The notes below the pieces were generated by a model. That model made no database searches. It saw only the letters and a program-made list of their open reading frames with translations, and was not told where the DNA came from. Positions 54,305 to 60,217 of a DNA stretch of 60,217 bases are shown here, one piece after another. Numbering within the stretch: position 1 is the first letter of the stretch; each line of letters begins with the position of its first letter. Origin of the DNA: Candidatus Limnocylindria bacterium (GTDB lineage Bacteria; Chloroflexota; Limnocylindria; QHBO01); assembly GCA_036265975.1 (NCBI GenBank), contig DATAOD010000225.1:1-60217 (forward strand), written 5' to 3'. The translations under genes were made by a program, and so were the position numbers.

Positions 54305-55201
54305 CTATTCGGGCTCATCCAGCCGATCCTCCGGAGCCTCTCGACGGCCGCTGGCACGGCCCGCGGACCCGCACAGATCCATGTACTCCTCGGCCATGCG
54401 ACGCACCTCGTCGCGCCCCGAGCCGAGGTAGCGGCGCAGATCGCTGCGTCCAGCCTCGGTCTCCCATGCTAGGCGAATGCCGTCGGCCAGGGCTCGGCTG
54501 ACGCGCGACGATATGTTGACCTTGCCGATGCCGGCCGCCACCAGCTCGGGCAGCTGGCTGCGGCGCACGCCGGATCCCCCGTGCAGCGCGAGCGGACGGT
54601 GGACCGCATCTGCCATTCGGCGGACGACGTCCAGGTCAAGCTCGACGCTGTCCTCCGGCATGCGATGCAGGCTGCCGATGGCCGCCGCCATGATGTCGAC
54701 GCCGGTTGCATCGGCGAACGCAACAGCCTCCTCGGGCAGCGTCAGCAGCGCGCGTGCCTCGTCCAGCGTCATCGCCTCGCTGCCACTGATCACCCCCAGC
54801 TCGCCCTCGACCGCGATCCCATGGCCGGCGGCTCGCTCCACGATGCCGCGGGTGATCTCGACGTTCTCCGCTAGCGGCAGCAGGGAGCCGTCGAACATCA
54901 CGGAGCCAAAGCCGTCGGCCAGCGCGCGATGCACCACCTCCGGGTCGCGACAGTGGTCAAGGTGGACCACCACCGGCACGGCGGCGCGATCGGCCTCGGC
55001 GAAGGCAAGGTCACGGATGGACTCGTAGCCCGCGTACGCGATGGCCCCGGGGCTGACCTGCAGCATCACCGGCGAGGAGCAGGCATCGGCCGCGCGCAGG
55101 ATCGCCTGTGCCGTCTCCAGGTTGGCGACGTTGATCGCGGGCAGGGCATAGCCGGACTCGAAGGCATGGCGGACCGCGTCGACGCCGGCTACGCGTGGCA
55201 T
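54305..55201 (-). CDS. class II ketose-bisphosphate aldolase family protein (FBA_II fold)
   Basis: Start placed at the internal ATG (55201), giving MPRVAGVDAVRHAFESGYALPAINV. VVVHLDHC, EGELG, IGSLH and LHGGSG are the metal/phosphate motifs. Confidence 0.8.
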   Translation of the reverse strand: MPRVAGVDAVRHAFESGYALPAINVANLETAQAILRAADACSSPVMLQVSPGAIAYAGYESIRDLAFAEADRAAVPVVVHLDHCRDPEVVHRALADGFGSVMFDGSLLPLAENVEITRGIVERAAGHGIAVEGELGVISGSEAMTLDEARALLTLPEEAVAFADATGVDIMAAAIGSLHRMPEDSVELDLDVVRRMADAVHRPLALHGGSGVRRSQLPELVAAGIGKVNISSRVSRALADGIRLAWETEAGRSDLRRYLGSGRDEVRRMAEEYMDLCGSAGRASGRREAPEDRLDEPE

Positions 55202-55301
55202 CGGGCAGGCAGGCGGGAGTGCATTGGGGGCCATTGTGCCCGCCCGCGAGCCCATCGGCTACGATGCTCGGCGCTCCCCATGCCAACCGCTCCATTGATC
55301 G

Positions 55302-56213
55302 ATGCCCGGCGCTGAGGCAGGACGCCCCGACTTCTTCATCGTCGGAGCGCCGAAGAGCGGCACCACCGCGCTCTACCAATATCTCCGCCAGCACCCGCAG
55401 GTCTTCATGTCGGACCCGAAGGAACCGAACTACTTCGGGGCCGATCTCGAGCGCCGGCGCACGCCGCGCATCGGCCTCCAGGAGTACCTGCGCTACTTCG
55501 CCGGAGCCGGTGACGCACTGCGCGTGGGTGAAGCGTCGGTGCGCTACCTGCACTCCCGCAGCGCGGCGCGCGAGATCGCCCAGTTCGCGCCGGATGGGCA
55601 GGCGATCATCATGCTGCGCGACCCGGTTGAGATGATGTATTCGATGCATGGTGAGCTGGTGTTCATCGGCGCGGAGGACATCATCGACTTCGCCGATGCG
55701 CTCGACGCGGAGGACGAGCGCAGGCAGGGAAGGCGCATCCCGGCGGGCGCCAACAAGCCGGCGGCGCTCCTCTATCGCGACTCGGCGCACTTCGCCGAGC
55801 AGGTGGAGCGCTACTTCGACGCACTGGGGCGTGACCGGGTGCTGGTGATCATCTACGACGACTTCCGTGACGACACGCTGGGGAGCTACCGGCGCGCGCT
55901 GGAGTTCCTGGGCGTCGACCCCTCGTTCGTGCCGCGGATGGCGGTCGTCAACCCCAGCAAGCAGCCGCGCAGCCGGCTGCTGACACGGCTGATCGCCAGC
56001 CCACCGGGCTGGGTGCGCGGCGTGGCAGGCGCCGTGCTGCCGGCGCGCCAGCGCAAGCGCCTCTTCCGGCGTGCGCTGGCCCTCAACTCGCGCACGGCGC
56101 CGCGCTCGCCCATGGACCCCGAGCTGCGCGCGCGCCTGAAGGCCGAGTTCGCGCCCGAGGTACGGCGGCTGGGCGAGCTGATCGGCAGGGATCTCTCGGC
56201 GTGGAGCGTGTGA
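55302..56213 (+). CDS. sulfotransferase, paralog 4
   Basis: RPDFFIVGAPKSGTTALYQYLRQHPQVFMSDPKEPNYFG..IMLRDPVEMMYSMHGE. Confidence 0.85.
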   Translation: MPGAEAGRPDFFIVGAPKSGTTALYQYLRQHPQVFMSDPKEPNYFGADLERRRTPRIGLQEYLRYFAGAGDALRVGEASVRYLHSRSAAREIAQFAPDGQAIIMLRDPVEMMYSMHGELVFIGAEDIIDFADALDAEDERRQGRRIPAGANKPAALLYRDSAHFAEQVERYFDALGRDRVLVIIYDDFRDDTLGSYRRALEFLGVDPSFVPRMAVVNPSKQPRSRLLTRLIASPPGWVRGVAGAVLPARQRKRLFRRALALNSRTAPRSPMDPELRARLKAEFAPEVRRLGELIGRDLSAWSV

Positions 56214-57472
56214 GCCTGGCCGGCCCGGGGCCGGCGGACCCGGCCGCAGCCGAGGATCGGCCGGATGCGGTACGCCTGCTCATCGTGATGCCAAATGATC
56301 CGGAGCGGATGCGCATCGGCGGCATTGCCTCCTTCGTGCGCGGGTTCGTGAAGTTCGCCCCGCCCGATTTCGACCTTGCCTTCCTTGGCGTGACCGCCCA
56401 GGGGCCCCTCTGGCAGTGGCGCTGGACCGAGTTCGAGGGCAGGGCGCTGCGCTTCATGCCCATCGCCCACGGGCAGCCCGGCGTCCGGAGCCGCGTTCCG
56501 GTCGCCCTGCGCTTCGCCGGCTCGATGCTGCTGCACCGCGGGGCGCTGCGCCTTCCCGGCTGGATCGCCTCGTTTCACCGACCGGGCACGGAGATCGCCA
56601 TGCGCGACTTCGCCATGCCGATGTGGCGCGTCGTCCATCTGGGGGTGGAGGACCTGCGCACACAGGGCAGCGAGAGCCGCTGGCGCCGGCTCTCGGGACT
56701 GCTGGAGTCGCTGGAGCGCCGGGCGTTCGGGCGCATGGACCGCATCTACGTCGTGAACGAGCGCGTCGCGGAGGAGTACCGACGGCGCTTCGGGGAGGTC
56801 GCACAGCGGATCCATTTCCTGCCCAACTGGGCCGATCCGACCATCTTCCATGCGATTGACCCGGTCGAGCGAGGGGCGCTGCGCGGCTCCGTGGCGGCCG
56901 ATATCGGCCAGCAGGTGGACGGCCCGCTGCTGCTCTACGCCGGACGCCTGGAGGGTCAGAAGGACCCGCTGCTGCTTGCGGAGGCATTTGCGGCGTTCGC
57001 GGCGCGGCGCAGCGATGCCCGCCTGCTGGTTGCCGGCGAGGGATCGCTGCAGGAGGCCGTCCGGGCACGCCTGCGGGCAAAGGGCGTGGACGGCCGCGTG
57101 CACTTCCTTGGCACCGTTCCGCGGCTGCGCCTGGCCCAGCTGATGCAGGCGGCCGATGCGCTGCTCATCACGTCCGCCTTCGAGACGGGGCCCACCGTCG
57201 GGCTCGAGGCGCTGGCCTGCGGCCTGCCGGTGATCACCACGCCGGTGGGCCAGGTCGCTCGCGTGGTGGCCGATGGGGGCGCCGGCATCACCACCACCGA
57301 CCGCAGGCCCACCTCCCTGGCCGATGGCATGGCATGGGTCGCCGACCAGCCCCATAACGACCTGCGCGCGGCAGCAGTCGCCGCCGCCGAGCCGTACCTG
57401 GCCGATCGCGTACTCGAGGGGCTGTACGCCTATAACCGCTCGCTGGCGCAGCGGCGGGGGACCGCGGCATGA
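56201..57472 (+). CDS. glycosyltransferase, GT-B fold (GT4 family)
   Basis: LYAGRLEGQKDPLLL..LLVAGEGSL..ITSAFETGPTVGLEALACGLPVITTPVG. The start (GTG 56201 or 56210) overlaps the stop of sulfotransferase 4. Confidence 0.8.
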   Translation: MERVSLAGPGPADPAAAEDRPDAVRLLIVMPNDPERMRIGGIASFVRGFVKFAPPDFDLAFLGVTAQGPLWQWRWTEFEGRALRFMPIAHGQPGVRSRVPVALRFAGSMLLHRGALRLPGWIASFHRPGTEIAMRDFAMPMWRVVHLGVEDLRTQGSESRWRRLSGLLESLERRAFGRMDRIYVVNERVAEEYRRRFGEVAQRIHFLPNWADPTIFHAIDPVERGALRGSVAADIGQQVDGPLLLYAGRLEGQKDPLLLAEAFAAFAARRSDARLLVAGEGSLQEAVRARLRAKGVDGRVHFLGTVPRLRLAQLMQAADALLITSAFETGPTVGLEALACGLPVITTPVGQVARVVADGGAGITTTDRRPTSLADGMAWVADQPHNDLRAAAVAAAEPYLADRVLEGLYAYNRSLAQRRGTAA

Positions 57473-58386
57473 GCGAAGTCCGGCCCAACTTCTTCATCGT
57501 CGGCGCGCCACGCTGCGGGACCACCGCCATGTACGAGTACCTGCGCCAGCACCCCGACGTGTTCATGCCTTACCGCAAGGAGCCGGTGTTCTTCGGCAGC
57601 GACCTGACGAAGCGCCGGCCGCCGATGACCGAGGCCGAGTACCTGGAGCTGTTCCGTCCCGGCGCCAGCCGCTCGCGCCGCGGCGAGGCGACGGTCTGGT
57701 ACCTCTACTCGCAGACGGCTCCGGGCGAGATCCGGGCCTTCAGCCAGGATCCCCGGATCATCATCATGCTGCGCAACCCGGTGGACATGATGTACTCGCT
57801 CCACAGCCAGCTGTTCTTCTCCGCCAACGAGGACCTGGCGGACTTTGGGGCGGCGATCGCGGCCGAGGAGGATCGCCGCCAGGGCCGCCGCATGCCGCCG
57901 CGCGCGCGACGACCGGAGGGCCTGCAGTACCGCGCCTGCGGCCGCTACGCTGCCCACGTGCGGCGCTACCTGGAGGCATTCGGACCCGACGCCGTGCGGG
58001 TCATCATCTATGACGACTTCAGCTCCGATGCTGCCGCCAGCTATCGACAGACGCTCGCCTTCCTGGGCGTCGACCCGAGCTTTCAGCCGGATTTCTCGGT
58101 CGTGAACAGGAGCAAGGCGCCGCGCAGCCGCTGGCTGCAGCAGCTGACCTACGCGCCGTGGTTCATGCGCACCACCGCGCGTCTGCCGAAGCCCGTCAAC
58201 CATCTCATCCGTCGCTCCCTGAAGCGGCTGAACTTCAGGGAGCAGCCACGCACGATGCTCGATCCGCAGCTTCGCGCGCGGCTGACCCAGGAGATGGCGC
58301 CTGACGTCGCTGAGCTGGGCGAGCTCCTGGGGCGCGACCTGAGCAGCTGGAGCCATCCGCCCACGCCATCCGCGAGCGCCGCATGA
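57469..58386 (+). CDS. sulfotransferase, paralog 5 (PSB-loop Lys replaced by Arg)
   Basis: RPNFFIVGAPRCGTTAMYEYLRQHPDVFMPYRKEPVFFG..IMLRNPVDMMYSLHSQ. ATGA overlap with the GT4 stop. Confidence 0.85.
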   Translation: MSEVRPNFFIVGAPRCGTTAMYEYLRQHPDVFMPYRKEPVFFGSDLTKRRPPMTEAEYLELFRPGASRSRRGEATVWYLYSQTAPGEIRAFSQDPRIIIMLRNPVDMMYSLHSQLFFSANEDLADFGAAIAAEEDRRQGRRMPPRARRPEGLQYRACGRYAAHVRRYLEAFGPDAVRVIIYDDFSSDAAASYRQTLAFLGVDPSFQPDFSVVNRSKAPRSRWLQQLTYAPWFMRTTARLPKPVNHLIRRSLKRLNFREQPRTMLDPQLRARLTQEMAPDVAELGELLGRDLSSWSHPPTPSASAA

Positions 58387-59975
58387 CCCTGCTCCGCGAA
58401 CCAAGCCAGCGCGGCTTCATCCTTCGATTCGCGATCCTGGCGGCCCTGCTCCTCTCGCTGCCCCCCATTGCCAACGCCCTGGCCGGCGATAACGAGCGCC
58501 TGCGCCTGGCGCCGGCGGTGGTGGCCGCGGCGATCATGGTCATCGGCTTCGTCTGGTGGCGGGTGGAGTCCCTGCTCGCCTTTGCGCTGTTCGTCCTCTT
58601 CTACGACACGCTGGCGCTGTACATGGGCGGCCCGGTGCGTCGCGTCGACGAGATGGCCGTGCCGGGCCTGGCCCTCGTCGCGGTGTGGAGCGCGCTGCCG
58701 CGCATCAGGGAGTGGTGGTCGTGGCCGCGCGAGCTGGCGATCGCATTCGTGGTGGCCATGGGCATCGCCTCCAGCCTGCTGAACCACGTGCCGCTGCTGA
58801 CCTGGGGCATTCAGCTCGTGCTGGTGATCAAGGCCATCGTCATCTTCTATGTCGCGCTGTGGACGTCCGCGCGGTCATTCCAGATCGCGGCGGGCATGAA
58901 GATCGTGCTGGGTATCGGGCTGCTCATCATGGCGCTCGGCATCGTCGAGCTGTTCAACCCAGTCTGGTTCCAGCAGACACTGCACCTGCAGCAGTTCCTG
59001 AACGCCCGCGGCCCGCTGTTCGCGGTGAAGTCGCTGTTCTTCCACCCTGTGCTGTTCAGCTGGTTCACGGCCTTCATTGCCGTCTTCGCCTGGATCTGGT
59101 ACCTGGACAGCGGCCGGCGCCTGGCGTGGGCCATCGCGGCCGTCTTCAGCCTTGGGCCATTCCTTGGCGAGCGGCGCCGCGCCATCCTGGCCCTGCTGAC
59201 CGCCCTGCTGGTGGGCTTCGCCAGCAACGTGCTTCGCCTTGGCGAGTCATGGCGGCATATCGTCCGGCGCTGGGCGCCGGTCGGCGCGACCATGGTCGTG
59301 ATCCTGGTCCTGTTCATCCCGAGCCTCCTGAACATGTGGCAGGCCACGATCAACAACTACATCATCCCCGGCGGCCTGCCGACGCCCGGTCCGAGCGGCA
59401 CGCCGATCGAGGAGCCGACCGGCGAGGGAGAGGCGCCGCCCCAGGTGCGCATCGCGCTGTACGACGGAGCGGCCAGGGTGGCGGCCGACTACTTCCCGTT
59501 CGGCGGCGGACTGGGCAAGTGGGGGAGCTGGATGAGCCGCGTCAACTACAGCGACCTCTACTGCAAGTACCAGGTGTGCCACATCCACGGCCTGCGAGAA
59601 AAGAACCCCGTCAACGTGACGGACACCTTCTGGCCCGAGATCATCGGCGAGCTCGGCTTCCTTGGGCTCGCCGCGTACCTGGTGTTCCTGGGCAGCCTGG
59701 GACGCGGCCTGTGGCGTGCCGCGGGACGCTACCGGCACGGATTGCTGCGCGTCTTCGCGCTGGGCTCGCTGCTGATCCTGGCCCAGGCCCTGATCGAATC
59801 GCTGGCGAGCCCGATGTTCCACTCGCCGCCGCGCGCGTACCTGCTGTACCTGGCGATCGGTGTCGCGGTCGCGATCGGCTCACGAGCGCCTGACGATTGG
59901 GTCGAGCCTGCCGCGAATGAGGCCGATGCGCCGTCCGCGCCGCCGCCGTCGCCGGCGGCCGAGGCCGGGATCTAG
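58383..59975 (+). CDS. O-antigen polymerase/ligase-like polytopic membrane protein (Wzy family), second copy
   Basis: More than 10 TM helices, with a large loop (PGGLPTPGPSGTPIEEPTGEGE..FPFGGGLGKWGS). ATGA overlap with sulfotransferase 5. Confidence 0.6.
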   Translation: MTLLREPSQRGFILRFAILAALLLSLPPIANALAGDNERLRLAPAVVAAAIMVIGFVWWRVESLLAFALFVLFYDTLALYMGGPVRRVDEMAVPGLALVAVWSALPRIREWWSWPRELAIAFVVAMGIASSLLNHVPLLTWGIQLVLVIKAIVIFYVALWTSARSFQIAAGMKIVLGIGLLIMALGIVELFNPVWFQQTLHLQQFLNARGPLFAVKSLFFHPVLFSWFTAFIAVFAWIWYLDSGRRLAWAIAAVFSLGPFLGERRRAILALLTALLVGFASNVLRLGESWRHIVRRWAPVGATMVVILVLFIPSLLNMWQATINNYIIPGGLPTPGPSGTPIEEPTGEGEAPPQVRIALYDGAARVAADYFPFGGGLGKWGSWMSRVNYSDLYCKYQVCHIHGLREKNPVNVTDTFWPEIIGELGFLGLAAYLVFLGSLGRGLWRAAGRYRHGLLRVFALGSLLILAQALIESLASPMFHSPPRAYLLYLAIGVAVAIGSRAPDDWVEPAANEADAPSAPPPSPAAEAGI

Positions 59976-60217
59976 GCCTCGAGGGCTCGCTCGGCCTCCT
60001 GCAGAACTCGCGGCAGGGCATCGGCCAGTGGCGCGTCGACGGTGCAGCCGGCCCGGCTGCGGTGGCCGCCTCCCCTGAACGGCGACGCGATGCCGGTGGC
60101 ATCCACGCCATCGGTCCGCACGCTGACCCGGGTGCTGGATGGGCCGATCTCGCGCAGCAGCAGGGTCACCCTCGCATCCTTGGCGCGCGCCAGGAACTCG
60201 GCCAGCCCGTCCGCGTC
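59972..60217 (-). CDS. DHH/DHHA1 phosphoesterase, C-terminal part only (NrnA-like oligoribonuclease / pAp phosphatase type)
   Basis: The reading frame stays open to the window edge: DADGLAEFLARAKDARVTLLLREIGPSSTRVSVRTDGVDATGIASPFRGGGHRSRAGCTV.. The GGGH..AG motif is the DHHA1 signature. The 65-aa ORF in the track is only the tail. Confidence 0.6.
   Translation of the reverse strand, partial: DADGLAEFLARAKDARVTLLLREIGPSSTRVSVRTDGVDATGIASPFRGGGHRSRAGCTVDAPLADALPRVLQEAERALEA

Noticed and set aside
1-60217. CRISPR arrays, rRNA genes, IS elements, prophage or classical defence-system genes.
   Set aside because: No regularly spaced direct repeats were seen. No Cas, restriction-modification, Abi or transposase signatures appear in any of the six-frame translations.

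Overview
Very GC-rich window (codon position 3 is almost always G/C) with almost no non-coding gaps. I count about 52 protein genes, two of them cut by the window edges, plus one tRNA-Pro. I saw no CRISPR array, rRNA, transposase or integrase. All family assignments come from reading motifs in the supplied translations; no database search was run. The content is a cell-envelope glycopolymer super-locus of a monoderm-type bacterium (LCP ligase, WecA/TagO-type initiator, TagA-type GT26, TagB/F-type transferases). The phylum cannot be determined here. Housekeeping genes are interleaved: rph, rdgB, mazG, a PPIase, a metB-like gene, glnA and ppa. Gene order: (1) mreB-mreC. (2) Three adjacent secreted wall-active proteins (clan-CD-peptidase-like, GH18 multidomain, CAP domain) that share an unclassified C-terminal repeat module. 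(3) rph-rdgB, chained by 4-nt overlaps to a Wzx flippase, a full WbpA/B/E/D/I set (UDP-ManNAc3NAcA) and a polyprenyl-P-mannose synthase. (4) PPIase, mazG, a GT4, tRNA-Pro, wecA, an LCP ligase, a GGDEF protein, a DUF3048 protein, a metB-like gene, and a PucR-type regulator followed by glnA. (5) A nonulosonic-acid (legionaminic-type) cluster with its own phosphoglycosyl transferase and Wzy. (6) ppa, a PLC-like lipoprotein and a GT26. (7) A 17-kb locus with five sulfotransferase paralogs, Wzx, Wzy, a GT4, two tandem TagB/F paralogs and an aldolase-kinase-dehydrogenase-nucleotidyltransferase operon, ending next to an NrnA-like (pAp phosphatase-type) gene. Best novelty candidates: (a) the sulfotransferase-rich, phosphodiester-type wall polymer locus; (b) its unusual four-gene activated-polyol-phosphate operon; (c) the 7-copy repeat module that links three secreted enzymes next to mreBC.
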